NCBI RefSeq assembly: GCF_000143415.4
Contig: NW_003314288.1
Coordinates: 84,002-148,001, forward strand
Reading direction: 5' to 3'
Source: Selaginella moellendorffii
Lineage: Eukaryota > Plantae > Lycopodiophyta
DNA: 64,000 nucleotides
A model generated the notes under the pieces. That model was not told the origin of the DNA and did no database searches. It saw only the letters and a program-made list of their open reading frames with translations. This document shows positions 25,590-38,008 of this stretch, piece by piece. Made by a program: the position numbers and the translations under genes. Within the stretch, counting starts at the first letter, position 1; every line of letters starts with the position of its first letter.

Positions 25590-25832
25590 TCAGTTTCTCC
25601 AGCAGCGGCCTTTGCGCCAGCTCCAGCCGCTCTGGCATCGGTGGCAGCTTCCGCCATACCAATACCAGTTTTTCGGGCAGGGGTGACAACGATTGTCATA
25701 CCAGTACCACCCTATCGGACAGCGCTGCGCAGCAACCTTTGCGATTCCTCCCATGTCCACTCCCATGGCCAGCATTATCACAAACATGGAAACAAGCCCA
25801 AGGCAAACCAGCTGAGTCTTGCTCATCGCCAT
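25590..25832 (-). CDS. Secreted Trp/Cys-rich peptide (80 aa, 3 modules; MSKTQL subtype)
   Basis: AAQR-CPIGWYWYDNRCHP-CPKNWYWYGGSCHR-CQSGWSWRKGRCWRN. Confidence 0.85.
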   Translation of the reverse strand: MAMSKTQLVCLGLVSMFVIMLAMGVDMGGIAKVAAQRCPIGWYWYDNRCHPCPKNWYWYGGSCHRCQSGWSWRKGRCWRN

Positions 25833-26912
25833 TGCTATATACTTTGACTGACGAAAAGAACAAGAAACCAAATCAGAACTATTAAAGAGCTTCTTCTGAT
25901 CTTTGAGCACTGAATCAGGATGATGGCTAGGAGAGAGATTGTGGAACCCTCTCTTGAGAGGGGTATCTATATACTCGCCCTTGCAACGACCGAGCAAGTT
26001 TCTGCGTGCATTGTTTGCGGATAACTTTGTGTCCCATCGGTTGACGCGCGCCGTTCGCTAGACTTGGTCTTGGGAAGGATCAGATTCGTTGACAAATTGA
26101 TTTTCTAAGTACGTAGTACTCTCAATAATACGGAAAAATAAACTTTTCGTCCTTCCACAACGACTTGACGAAGTCTGTCGTAGCAGTAAGCTCCAAAACG
26201 AGCGCTGTTGATATAATGTTAGTCAATTTGCTGCACCTTTTTGGTGCAACAACAAATCAGGGTCTTGCTCATCGCCCCTGCTGCTTCTGCTGCAAAGTAC
26301 GAGTTAGATCGGGAAATGCTTGCTCGGTTGCGAGTATATAGACACCCTCTCAAGAGGTTCCTGAACTCTTATTGTCGATTTATTATGTGATATTAATGGA
26401 AATTTCAACTAATAATGTTGGAGTGTTTTCTACCATGTGGTCGATCAATTTGCAGGAGCTGGGTCGCAGCAGATAGAAAGCATGCCTTCCACTTGGATCA
26501 TGCAAAGTCTCTCGTGATACCAGGCATGAGTCATCCTGCTACCTGTGTGATTATTTGTGGCACCCACTCGAAACGAAAGAGGTCCCCTGATGTTGCTCGA
26601 TAATGCGGTGGCCGGCTTCATCATGCAAGCTCTGCTCGGTAAAGCAAATCAGGTGGGCTTTATCTCATGGTTCCATTCCCAACACGAAGATATCCAAAAA
26701 GCTTAATCTTTATGTTTGTAAACCAAGAAAGTTTGCGGAGTAATTCCACCCGAGCTCACAACTCTCGAGATGAAGCAAAGTTTTATATGTATATTATTAT
26801 TGCTGCACGATACAAAGTGTCTTTTATTCTTGTTTCCAGACCCTGACAGTATGAAATCATAGAAATTACGAGTTGATTTGAGAATTGCAGTTACCCCTTA
26901 AAACCTGAGGTT

Positions 26913-27062
26913 TCAGTTTCTCCAGCAGCGATTGTTGGTCCAACCCTTTCGGCAGCGGTGGCAATCATTGTCATACCAATACCACCCTCTCGGGCATCGC
27001 TGGGCAGCAGCGTTTGCGATTCCTCCCATGTCCACTCCCATTACCAGGAGCAACACAAACAT
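26913..27062 (-). pseudogene. Peptide-family copy with damaged 5' end (MDKIRL subtype); residual 49-aa ORF
   Basis: MFVLLLVMGVDMGGIANAAAQRCPRGWYWYDNDCHRCRKGWTNNRCWRN*. The upstream KIRLACLG is out of frame. Confidence 0.7.
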
Positions 27063-27642
27063 AGCCCAAGGCAAGCCAGACGAATCTTAATGACCAAGAA
27101 CATCTTAACATTGACGTACACTAAAATAGAAAGAGCGCCAAATATTCTTCAGAAATCTGGAATCAATCTATGCATGGATGTAGAGCTTCCAGCTTTTGGT
27201 AACATCATAAATGTAAACACAACTGATCCAAAGCAATATAAATAACTAAGTGTTTTTGTTTTGTCAATGAAAAGCTGTTTATTTTGTCCCGAGACTTTGC
27301 CATCCTAGTCTCGACGTGGAACTTAAAAGAAGATGCAAAAGCTCTGGCATGTGACACGGTAGTCAGGAGGCAAATTTGTCAACGAATCTGATCTCTTTTA
27401 CAGACTAAGTCTAGCAGTTTTACCACATACGGCAACACTTATACACGCGGAAATTTGCTCAGTCGTTGCAAGGAACGTATATAAAACGCCCCTCTCAATC
27501 GAGACGAAATCATCACTTACACTTCTCTTCTCAGGAACAGGTTAATTATGTGCTTGCAACTCTTTAGGATATGAATTTGATTGTGTTTCTTGTTCTTTCC
27601 ACTTTGCAGGTCTATAGAATGGCAGTTGGAAAGTTTGTTGGC

Positions 27643-27647
<5 letters not shown>

Positions 27648-27675
<28 letters not shown>
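27648..27675. repeat. (AT)n microsatellite
   Basis: Direct read. Confidence 0.95.
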
Positions 27676-27678
<3 letters not shown>

Positions 27679-27911
27679 AAAAATCCATGCATTTTGCGAA
27701 CGTTACACTGCGACAACCATTTTCCAGAAAACACACCATATTTATCATTGATAATCTCAGAGCCTGAACATCGGAATAGATTTCACACAAGATTCTATAG
27801 GACTCCAAAACATTCCCGTTTCCAAGCCACAGTTTTATTCTACGTAGTTCTTCACCCATTCGACATTCGCTCCCATGGTTCCAGGCCCCAGAGATCACTC
27901 ACAAACTTTCA

Positions 27912-28145
27912 TTAATTGACGCAGCGGCTGCCATTCCAGCGCCACCCACGCTGGCATCGATGGCAGCTGTTGTCATACCAGTACCAATTGCATTGCACGC
28001 AGCGAGATCCATTCCAGTACCATCCCCTGCGGCAGCGCTGCGCCACCGCCTTGGTGATCCCCCCGACCTCCACTCCCACCGCCAGGAGCATCACAAACAT
28101 CACAACCAGGCCCAGGCACACCAATCGAGTCTTGCTGCTTGCCAT
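27912..28145 (-). CDS. Secreted Trp/Cys-rich peptide (77 aa; MASSKTRL subtype)
   Basis: AVAQR-CRRGWYWNGSRCVQ-CNWYWYDNSCHR-CQRGWRWNGSRCVN. TATA on minus strand at ~28263-28271. Confidence 0.88.
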   Translation of the reverse strand: MASSKTRLVCLGLVVMFVMLLAVGVEVGGITKAVAQRCRRGWYWNGSRCVQCNWYWYDNSCHRCQRGWRWNGSRCVN

Positions 28146-28439
28146 AGCAATCGGTCAATCAATCGATCAATCGATTGGAATTGGAGAAGAGAGAAGGAGC
28201 AAACCAAAGCGAAAGAACAAAGGAGCTCTAGAGAGTGTGTGGGGGATTGTAAGAGATGTGCTGTTTATATAGCGTCGAGAGTGTGTGGATAGATACAAAG
28301 ACCGCGCAGTTCCAGGCCAAAGTCTTTCATTACAATTCGCGCCCACCATTTGAAAAGACTCAATTAAGGTTTGCATTTGTTAAAATCGGTCACCACTTGG
28401 CATAATCCGCAACGTTGAGTTTGGACGGTCAGGATTGCA

Positions 28440-28865
28440 GATCATTTTCTCTGTTCTTTAGACGGGAATGGGGTCTTCTCAAGTTCGGGGTCGCGGCATT
28501 TGGATTTCTAGGGCTCTTGCTGGGGAGTGAGGGAGCGGCGCGATTCTCCCCTTACATTTTATGCGTGGAAGGAATGTGGTGCTTGTCTCACTCTCATAGG
28601 TATTTCTCTCTTAGTTTTTGTTTCCTTCTTCTTAGACAACAATGTATTTGTTTGTAAGGGGTCCTTTGCTGCTCATGGAGCTCGCTGTGCTTCTCATAAA
28701 CGCTAGCGCACGAAAGTCTTAAATTACTTTGTTACTGCAGGTTTCCAGAGACCTCTTTCTCAATGCATTCGCACAGGCCTTGAAAATTCTGGTGTCTAGT
28801 GCTGGAATTTACGCTGTTACAGTCGGAAGCGACTGTGGAGCTGCGAGAGCTTGTCGAGAAGAACA
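28440..28865 (+). pseudogene. Heavily deleted copy of 5' part of the GT4 glycosyltransferase
   Basis: Matches pieces of 39040-40187 (GGPLLLMELAVLL, GIYAV.VGSD, LRELVEK). Confidence 0.85.
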
Positions 28866-29412
28866 ATGTTGCCACCAATGTGTTTTTTTCTTTACAGACT
28901 TTTACACTGTTTGACTTGGACCAACGAAATATGACCATTGGCTAGCTATGTAATTCTGTTCACTTTTTCGATGAATCATATAGTTTTTAGTAATATCTTT
29001 GTTCCAACTTGGCCTGATCTCTCGTACAACATGCGTTCGTGTCCACTATTCTAGTACATTCTTGTGGATTTTAAAGGACAAAACCACATACACCAGACTC
29101 TCTTGGCTTGATCGGTTTTTGGAGCTTGCAGACCAGGCAATTCTTATCTTATCCAAACACCAGAGCCGGCCAAATACCACAAAAAACTTAAAGATCAGTA
29201 ACATAATTCTTGCTGTTTTGTTTGCTACATAACAACCAAAGAACTGCCACGCAAGAAAAGCTCCATGCTTGGAGACAAGAATCTACTCCAGATGAAATTA
29301 AACAGATCACATTTATCCTAATTAGGATTTAGGAGGATCTTACATCATTCAAACAAAACCTTCCGATTTATGGTGTTGATAGATTTTTGGGCTTATCCAT
29401 GACTCCGGATAT

Positions 29413-29615
29413 CTAAGGTTTTCCAGCAGCGGCCATTGCGCCAGCTCCAGCCGCTCTGGAATACCAGCATTTCGGGCAGCGATGACAACCATTGTAATAC
29501 CAGTACCACCCTCTCTGGCAGCGCTGGGCAGCTTTGCGATTCCTCCCCCCGTCCACTCCCATATCATCACAAACATGGCAACAAGCCCAAGGCAAACCAG
29601 CTGAGTCTTGCTCAT
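29413..29615 (-). pseudogene. Frameshifted peptide-family copy (MSKTQL subtype)
   Basis: MSKTQLVCLGLVAMFVM and AAQRCQRGWYWYYNGCHRCPKCWY lie in different frames. Confidence 0.8.
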
Positions 29616-30339
29616 CGCTGGACTGCTATTGCGAGTGAAAAGAACAAGAAACCAAATAAGCACTATTAGAGAGCTTCAAAGATCTTCTGAGCACTGAGTC
29701 TGTTAGAAGAGAAATTGTGGAAATCTCTCCTGAGAGGGGTATCTATATACTCACCCTTGCGACGAAGAAAGTTTCCGCGTGCATTGTTTGTGGATAACTT
29801 TGTGGCTCATCCGTTGGTCTTGGGAAGGATCAGATTTGTTGACAATTTGGTTTTCTAATACGCTTTTCGTCCTTCTATAATATAATGTTAATTTCATTAT
29901 TAATGCTATTTTAATGTCATATCATGCTAAACCACCATTCACTGCTTCTGGTGCAAAGTACGAGCTAGATTTATCGGGCAATAGTTGCTCGGTTGCGAGT
30001 ATATAGACACCCTCAGCTCTTATTGTCGATTTAATATATGATATTAATGAAAATTTGGCTGGAGTGTTTGGAATCACTTCTACCACGTGGTCGATCAATT
30101 TGCAATCAGCCAGTAGCATCGATTGTCTCACCTCGAGGCATGAGTCGCGCCCCTGCCGGAAAAACAGAGATCTCCGGGATCATGGATAAGCACAAAAATT
30201 TATAACTCAAGAATCAACACCATAACTCGTAAGGTTTTTCATGTTCACCAGGATCTTCTGAATATCTATGCTGTTTTAGATCTTGTGTATTAGAATAATA
30301 AAAAAATTCATCCGATGTAAAAATGTTGTTTGTGTGGTC

Positions 30340-31990
30340 AGGTCATTCAGCTTTTCTTGGGTGACGGTTGCTTCTCTCCTTTTGTCATGTTGGTGTTGTT
30401 ATGTAGCAAACTGAATAGCAAGAATAATTGATGCCGTAAACACAAATACCAGTTTACGGCATCAATATTTCTAGTAGATCTATACCATTTTATTGTTTGG
30501 CGGTTTTTGGCCGGCGCCTGATCTGCAAGCTCCAAAACCCAACCCGATCAAGCCAAGAAAAAGCAATAATTTCAAGAGTATGTGGCTTTGTCCTAACTAA
30601 ATAATGTACTAGAAGCTCATAATATAGTGGATACGAACGCATGTTGTACCAGAGAGCAGGTCAAGTTGTGTTGGAACAAACATAAAACTACTAAAAATTA
30701 TATGATTCATTGAAAGAGTGAACAGAAGAATCATATTCTTATCAATATTTCTTCTTTCCCTTGGTCCAAGTCAAGTATTATAGGTCAAGCCGCGGAGGTA
30801 ATGGAGAAGTTGGTTTGCCACGAGAGACTTTTAATTCAAAGAGTGTTGGAAACACAAGGTATGCTCTCGATCTGCGTCCCAGTGATCGATTAGATCCAAT
30901 CTTTTGTTAAAGTAAATATAATATACTACCATATTATTAACAGACTTCGTCAAATCGAGAAGGATCGTCGTACTTAGGAAACCAAGTTGTCAACGAATTT
31001 GATCCTTCCCAAGACCAAGTCTCCAAGTAAAATCGGCGCGTCAACCGCTGCCAAAAAACCACGAGGAAACTTGCTCGGTTGTTATAGAGAGACTCCCTCT
31101 TCTATCCAGAGGATCCGCAGAGACTCCTTGTTCTTTTTACTTGCAGTAGCAGTGTGTTCAGAGGTAGGATCTGGTCCAGCTACAATTCGGACTTATCTAA
31201 GTCTCGACGTGTACACAGTAGCACCCAGGAGGTAGTACCCAGGAGGCAGATTTGAATCTGATCTCTTTTCCAGACTAAGTCTAGCTAACACGATTGCTCG
31301 GTCGTTGCAGGGGGCGTATATATAACGCGCCTCACTCTATCAAGACGAAATCACCACACTTACACTTCTCTTATAATCCACAGGTTTTACTCTTAGAGTG
31401 GCAGCAATGGCGATGGACAAAATTCGTCTGGCTTGCCTTGGGCTTGTTGCCATGTTTGTGTTGCTCGTGATTATGGGAGTGGACGTGGGAGGAATCGCAA
31501 ACGCTGCTGCCCAGCGCTGCAAGTCGGGGTGGTATTGGTATGACAATGGTTGCCACCGTTGCCCGAGGGGGCGCAAAAATCGCTGCTGAAGCCTCTGCTT
31601 TTAAGGGGTAAGCGCAATTCTCAATTCAACTCGTAATCTCTATGAGTGCATTGCCAGGGTCTGGAAACAAGAATAAAAAGACACCGGACTGGTAACATGT
31701 TTGTGTGGAACAAATAAAATATATTTTTGTTTTTTTCTTTCTCTTTTTGTTTTTTTGTTTTTTCTTTTTTTGCTTCATCTCGAGAGTTTTGAGCTCCCGT
31801 GGCAATACTTCCTCATCGTCTAGCAACCTTTCTTCTTGGTTTACAAACTAGAAAATTAAGCTTTTTGGATCAATGGCTATCTTCGTGTTGGGAATGGAAC
31901 CCATGTTGTGAGACAACCACATGATTTGCAGGTGGAAGTAACTCGCATGATGAAGCCGGCTACGAACGCATTATCGAGCAACATTAGGTT
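30340..31990. repeat. Inverted segmental duplication of parts of 25030-27500
   Basis: e.g. TCTGCAAGCTCCAAAACCCAACCCGATCAAGCCAAGAA (~30522) is the reverse complement of ~25232-25270. 31600-31960 mirrors 26590-26905. Confidence 0.85.
31407..31589 (+). CDS. Secreted Trp/Cys-rich peptide (60 aa; MDKIRL subtype, inverted copy)
   Basis: MAMDKIRLACLGLVAMFVLLVIMGVDVGGIANAAAQRCKSGWYWYDNGCHRCPRGRKNRC. TATATAA at ~31318. Confidence 0.8.
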   Translation: MAMDKIRLACLGLVAMFVLLVIMGVDVGGIANAAAQRCKSGWYWYDNGCHRCPRGRKNRC

Positions 31991-32059
31991 CGAGATAGTC
32001 GGAGGACCTCTTTTGTTCCGTTTGGATTCGGTGCCACAGATAATCACGCAAGTAGCAGG

Positions 32060-32250
32060 ATCTCTGGCATCAGTGGCAACTTCCGCCATACCAATACCAG
32101 CTTTTCGGGCACCGGTAACAACCATTGTCATACCAGTACCACTGGCAGCGCTTGGCAGCAACCTTTGCGATTCCTCGCATGTCCATTCCCATGGCCACAA
32201 ACATGGCAAGGCGAACAAGGCAAACCAGGCAAACCAGTTGAGTCTTGCTT
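32060..32250 (-). pseudogene. Peptide-family copy, no ATG, premature stop
   Basis: SKTQLVCL...AAKRCQWYWYDNGCYRCPKSWYWYGGSCH*CQR. Confidence 0.75.
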
Positions 32251-32352
32251 TGCTCTATACTCGAAAAGAACAAGAATCCAAGATCTTCTGAAAGGAAACT
32301 TGTATTGATTTGATTATGGTTTTTTGTTCTTTTCTCTTGCAGAGTGGCAGCA

Positions 32353-32390
32353 ATGGCGATGGACCAATGGCTGCCACCGTTGCCAGACAA
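32353..32390 (+). pseudogene. Internally deleted peptide-family stub
   Basis: GTGGCAGCAATGGCGATGGAC, as at 31398, joined directly to CAATGGCTGCCACCGTTGCC. Confidence 0.6.
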
Positions 32391-32949
32391 ACTGGGATTA
32401 GAATAGTTTGAGCTGCGAAATATATTTTCTCTATTAATCTCTAAAGATTAAGCTTGGCTCACGATCAATATAACACTACCAACATTATAATATAGACATG
32501 TATCCAGAGCTAGCTAACCAGTGTAGCTACGACAGACTTTGTCAAGTCGATGTGGAAGGACAAATAGCTTTACTTCCGTATTATCGAGAGTACTACGTAC
32601 TTAGAAAACCAAATTGCCAGCGGATCTGATCCTTCCAAGACCAAGTCTAGCAAACGGCAAAGTTATCCGCGAACAATGCTAGCAGAAACTTGTTAACATA
32701 GATTGGCTTTTTCACACCCCAAAAGCTCATTAAAGGGCAGTAATATAGGTATAAATACACTTTTAATTGTGGCTGACAACTTTCCAGAAAACAGACCATA
32801 TTTATCATTGATAGTCTCAGAGCAGATTTCACACAAGATTCTATAGGACTCCAAAACATTCTCGTTTCGAAGCCACAGTTTTATTCTATGTACTTCTTCA
32901 CCCATTCGACATTCGCTGGCAGGCCCCAGAGATCACTCACAAACTTTCA

Positions 32950-33183
32950 TTAATTGACGCAACGGCTGCCATTCCAGCGCCACCCACGCTGGCATCGATG
33001 GCAGCTGTTGTCATACCAGTACCAATTGCATTGCACGCAGCGAGATCCATTCCAGTACCATCCCCTGCGGCAGCGCTGCGCCACCGCCTTGGTGATCCCC
33101 CCGACCTCCACTCCCACCGCCAGGAGCATCACAAACATCACAACCAGGCCCAGGCACACCAATCGAGTCTTGCTGCTTGCCAT
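32950..33183 (-). CDS. Secreted Trp/Cys-rich peptide, identical protein to 27912-28145
   Basis: Same 77-aa translation; one synonymous difference seen. Confidence 0.88.
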   Translation of the reverse strand: MASSKTRLVCLGLVVMFVMLLAVGVEVGGITKAVAQRCRRGWYWNGSRCVQCNWYWYDNSCHRCQRGWRWNGSRCVN

Positions 33184-33489
33184 AGCAATCGGTCAATCGA
33201 TCGATCGATCGATTGGAATTGGATAAGAAAGAAGGAGCAAACCAAAGCGAAAGAACAAAGGAGCTCTAGAGAGTGTGTGGGGGATTGTAAGAGATGTGCT
33301 GTTTATATAGCGTCGAGAGTGTGTGGATAGATACAAAGACCGCGCGGTTCCAGGCCAAAGTCTTTCATTACAATTCGCGCCCACCATTTGAAAAGACTCT
33401 TGAATTTGTTAAAATCGGTCGCCACTTGGCATAATCGCCAACGTTGAGTTTTGGACGGTCATGATTGCAGATCTTTTTCTTTTTTTAGA

Positions 33490-35055
33490 TCGATGATCAG
33501 GAACGATCAAGCGCAGCGCAGGATTGCTATCGCTTGTCAAGCTCGGCTTCGCAGCATTTGGATTTCTAGGGCTCTTGTTGAAAGAGTGAGGGAGCGGTGG
33601 GATGTTCCTCCGCATGGCCTACATTTTATGCGCGGAGTGCTTGTCTCGCATGAGCTCACTCTCACAGGTATTTCTTGTAAGCAACCAAAGGGAACGACTC
33701 GAGAGACGGTCCATGAGGTTCAAATATAAAAGGAAAGGGCCTATGAACAAGAGTGCACCCCTTTTTTCAATCGGTTAAGGGTCTTGGGATATTTGGGGTT
33801 AAGTGTCCTTGGGTTTGAATAGTACTGGGCTGGGTGACTTCCCGGGAAGTCCAAATTTAAGAGCTTACATTTGGTATCAGAGCGGTCTCAGGTCCGACTC
33901 TGTTGGTTGGCTAAGGGAATCGCACCATATGTTGATTGACGTCTGGCTGGAGCGAGGCTCTCAGCTTCCGTTCACGAGGGCGTGAACTTGCAGGGAAGCA
34001 TAGTGGATTGTAAGTGCCCTCGTGAACTTGCAGGGAAGCATAGTGGATTGTAAGCAACTAAAGGGAACGACTCGAGAGACGGTCCATGAGGTTCAAATAT
34101 AGAGGGAAAGGGCCCATGAACAAAAGTGCACCCCTTTTTCCAATTGGTTAAGGATCTTTGGGTTTGAATAGTACTGGGTTGGGTGACTTCCTAGGAAATC
34201 CAAATTTAGGAGCTTACATTTCTCTCTTAGTTTTTGTTTCCTTAAGGATGTATTTTGTTGTAGGGGTCCTTTTCTGCTCATGGAGATCGCTGTGCTTCTC
34301 AAAACACTGGCGCCACTGTCCAGTGGATTACTATCAAAGTGATGAAGTTACCGAAAATCTAAGGAATCCTGGTGAATGAATAACTTACCTAGTCTTGTTC
34401 TTGAGTGAATTGATTCTTTTGGTTCCAGCAAAAGGAGAAGAGACTCTCCGCGCAGCGGTTGATTCGGACTTCGTTTTCCTCAAGTGGATCGATTCTACGC
34501 TCCCAAAGTTCTGTGGTGGATTCCCGGTCACTACTTCACGCTCAATTATGTCAACGTATGCCCGAGATTGCTGCAGTGATGATAGACTCTCATGCCACAG
34601 CCGAGTATTGGAACAACAGGACACAACAGCATCTTGGGTAAGGAATAGAGCCTTCTTTCGATATCTTACGATATGAAAGTGCGTGATAAATCTTTTTAGT
34701 TCTCCAGGATAAAGATCCCAAAGGTGCATCTGGGAAATAGCAAACATCTCACGGAAGCAGCGCAAATTCCTCTCGCTCGTCATTTGCTCCGTCAGCATGT
34801 AAGAGAATCGCTCAGTATTTCGACCGCGATGTTATGTTCTCCGCGATCAACAGTAAGCTCTACTTAAACTTTTAAGCATGAAAGTCTGAATTTACGTGTA
34901 TTGCAGGTATTTCCAGAGGCGAAGGCCAGGACCTCTTTCTCAAGGCAGGCCGAAAACTCTAGGGTCTAGTGCTGGAATTTACGCTGTTACAGTCGGAAGC
35001 GACTGGATCGGGCAGCCAAAGTTTGAAGCGGAACTGCGAGAGCTTGTCGAGAAGA
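33490..35055 (+). pseudogene. Second truncated GT4 copy, interrupted by Cassandra TRIM
   Basis: Colinear with 38980-40187 with deletions and frameshifts. Confidence 0.9.
33676..34218 (+). mobile_element. Complete Cassandra-type TRIM (543 bp)
   Basis: LTRs 33676-33869 and 34049-34218 (TGTAAG..CTTACA). PBS TGGTATCAGAGC (tRNA-iMet) at 33872-33883. TSD TTTCT at 33671-33675 and 34219-34223. 5S rRNA-like segment in the LTR. Confidence 0.93.
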
Positions 35056-36472
35056 CACCAATGTGTACTTTTAAACTGTTTGACTTAGACCAACGAAAGA
35101 ATAAGAATATGACTATTGGCTAGCTGTGTAATTCTGTTCATAATTTTTGGTAATATGTTTGTTCCAACTTGGCCTCTCTCGTACAACATGCGTTCGTGTC
35201 CACTATTCTAGTACGTTCTTGTGAACTTTAAAGGACAAAACCACATAGACCAGACTCTCCTGGCTTGATTGGGTTTTGGAGCTTGCAGACCAGGCGATTC
35301 TTATCTTATCCAAACACCAGTGCCGGCCAAATACCGCCACAATCTAAAAGATAAGTAACATAATTCTTGCTGTTCTGTTTGCTACATAACAACACAGAAC
35401 TGCCACCCAAGAAAAGCTCAGTGCATAGTGCCTAATCTACTCCAGATGAAATTAAACAGCACAAACACCTTATCGTTTTATTTTAATTAGGATTTAATAA
35501 TCACAAAAACCCCTCAATTGAACCTCTTACAATTATGGCCACAGCTGTGTCTTGCTAATCACCATTGTCCTCGTGCTTAAATAGCACATTCCCAAACAAA
35601 AGTTTGTAGTTGGCTTTACGCTCGCTCTTGGCAGCATAGCAGTCGGCGTTCTTCCCCAATCGTGAAATGACAGAGGACTTTGTCTTTGCTTCTCCCCAGA
35701 TATAGAATCTAGGTCACCCATGATGGCGGAAAACATCAGAAATCCCAACCGTATTTCTAACATGGAAATTTTAGGGTTCTTCGTTTGCCTTTGCAGGGTC
35801 CCCCATGACTTCTTACTTGCAGTAGCAAAAGGGATCTGGTCCTAGTTACACTTGAAGTGAGAACAAATGAAGGTCATAGACATAACATCACCAACATGAC
35901 AGTAAATATTTATTTTGGTGAGGTAGTATATAGTCGCCCTTGCAACGACCGAGCAAATTTCTACGTGCATTTTTGGCGGACGCACGCCGCATTAGAGTTG
36001 GAGACTTGGTCTTGGGAAGGATCAGATTCGTTGACAAATTGGTTCCGATAATAGTACCACAGATAATGGACAAGTAGCAGGCTTCGAATTCTCTGGCTAG
36101 TACATAGTACCACGCGGTAATACGGAAAAAAAGCTTTCCAATTTTGTTTTCTTCCGTTCATACCGATCTGACGAAGTCTGTTAGTCAAATCGTAGCTCGA
36201 CACTGTCATGAAATGGTTACTAACCTGTTCTATATTGACTTCAACAAAATATTGGAGCTAGTCGATCACCAGAAACACTATTCGAATTATAAAAGTCTTC
36301 TCCATTACCTCAGCGACTTGACCTATAATGTTGCTCGAGAAATCTCTGGACTGGACATCCTGGTACCATAAAAGCTCGGTAAAGAAAATCACATTCCCCA
36401 GTGAGAGCCCTCATCACTTTATTCTATTTAGTTTTTTTTTTTGGCATGATTTCTTACCAGATTTGCCCAATC

Positions 36473-36700
36473 TCAGTTTCGCCCGCAGTGGCCATTCCGG
36501 CTCAAATCATTCTGGCATCGACAGCAGCTTCCATACCGATGCCAGTTTTTCTGGAAACGGTGGCAACTATTGTCATACCAATACCGTCCTCTCTGGCAGC
36601 GCTGGGCAGCAACCTTTGCAACTCCTCCGCCCACTCCCATGGCCAGCAGCATCATCACAAACATGACAACAAGCCCAAACCAAATCATGCCTATCGCCAT
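36473..36700 (-). CDS. Divergent Trp/Cys-rich peptide (75 aa; several Cys/Trp changed)
   Basis: AAQRCQRGRYWYDNSCHRFQKNWHRYGSCCRCQNDLSRNGHCGRN. Confidence 0.65.
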   Translation of the reverse strand: MAIGMIWFGLVVMFVMMLLAMGVGGGVAKVAAQRCQRGRYWYDNSCHRFQKNWHRYGSCCRCQNDLSRNGHCGRN

Positions 36701-37526
36701 AGCAAGCTTAGTGCTTAGAAGCCTAAGTACTGAGAGTGCAAAGAACGAGCTTTGACCTTCTGGATCTGGATGATGTTTAGAAGAAAGTGGGAAACCTCTC
36801 TTGAGAGGCGTGTCTATATACTACAACCGAGCAAGCATTATGTCATGCATTAATCTCACGAGGGAATATGCTAAGTCGTTGCCAGCCGTGGCAGGAGCAA
36901 AATAATTTATAGGTGGGAGTGTCTAAAATCACTTCTACTGATCGAGATGGGTACGCTTCTGATCAAGAGCATGCCTCCCAGGCATCAGTCATCCAGGGAA
37001 TTCGAAGCCTGCTACTTGCCTATTATCTGTGGCACCGAATCAAAAAGGAAGAGTTCCTCTGACTTTCTTGAAATTCTTCCGGATAATGTTGCTCGAGAAA
37101 ACGTTCGCTCACGCATTAGGTCGAGAATGCGTTCGTGGCCGGCTTCATTTTGCGAGCTCTCAACTTCTTGAAAGTCCAGCTCGGCAAAGAAAATCACGTT
37201 GACTGGTGTGGATTCAATCGCTGGCCTTGTCTCTTAGTTCCAGTCCCAACATGAAAGGGCTAATCTTCGAGTTTGCAAATCAAGAAGAACAAAGTCCAAG
37301 CAACACAACAAAAGAAGTAAAATGGCACCCAAGAGAAGCGCCTGGAGTCAAAATCAAGTAAACTCTAAATGAAAAATACATCTTTGACTTTCAAGGCCTG
37401 GACAATTTATATATATCATTGCTGGACGCAAGGTCATGCATCACAAGTTCCAGACCCTGGCACTGCAGCATGATCAAAGGCAATTACTGTTGATTCTTAA
37501 CTTGGGCTTCAGTTTGCTTCAAGGTT

Positions 37527-37700
37527 TCAGTTGCGCCAGTTCCAACCCCTCTGGCAACGGTGTTGTCATACCGATACCACCCCACTGGCAGCGCTGGGCC
37601 GCATGCTTGCGATTCCTCCCACGTCGACGCCCATTACCAGGAGCAACACAAACATGCGGATGAGCCCAAGGCCAGCCACACGAATCTTGTCCATCCCCAT
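37527..37700 (-). pseudogene. Frameshifted peptide-family copy (MDKIR subtype)
   Basis: MGMDKIRVAGLGLIRMFVLLLVMGVDVGGIA, then a shift before AAQRCQWGWYRYDN. Confidence 0.8.
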
Positions 37701-37885
37701 CGCTATAGACTTCAGTGCCACTGAATGAACAAGAAACAATATCCTAAAGAGTTAAAATCATATAACCTGGAGTTGGATCTTGAGAAAAGAAGACACGACC
37801 AGGCAACTTATATTGATTGCTGTAGAGATCAGATTCGACGACAAATTTGTCTGAGTCATATGGAATAGATTTTCCAAAATTAGTA

Positions 37886-37967
37886 ATATATATACATACA
37901 TACATATACACATACATACATATATATATACATACATATATATATACATACATATATATACATATAT

Positions 37968-37998
<31 letters not shown>

Positions 37999-38008
37999 TA
38001 AATATATA
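37886..38008. repeat. Compound (TA)n/(TACA)n microsatellite
   Basis: Direct read. Confidence 0.95.

Noticed and set aside
27916-28292. Plus-strand ORFs opposite peptide genes (also 32954-33330, 38394-38910, 24392-24772)
   Set aside because: Conserved only because they are antisense to the duplicated peptide ORFs.
33795-33852. 5S rRNA gene
   Set aside because: Only the internal part is present, and it is embedded in TRIM LTRs.
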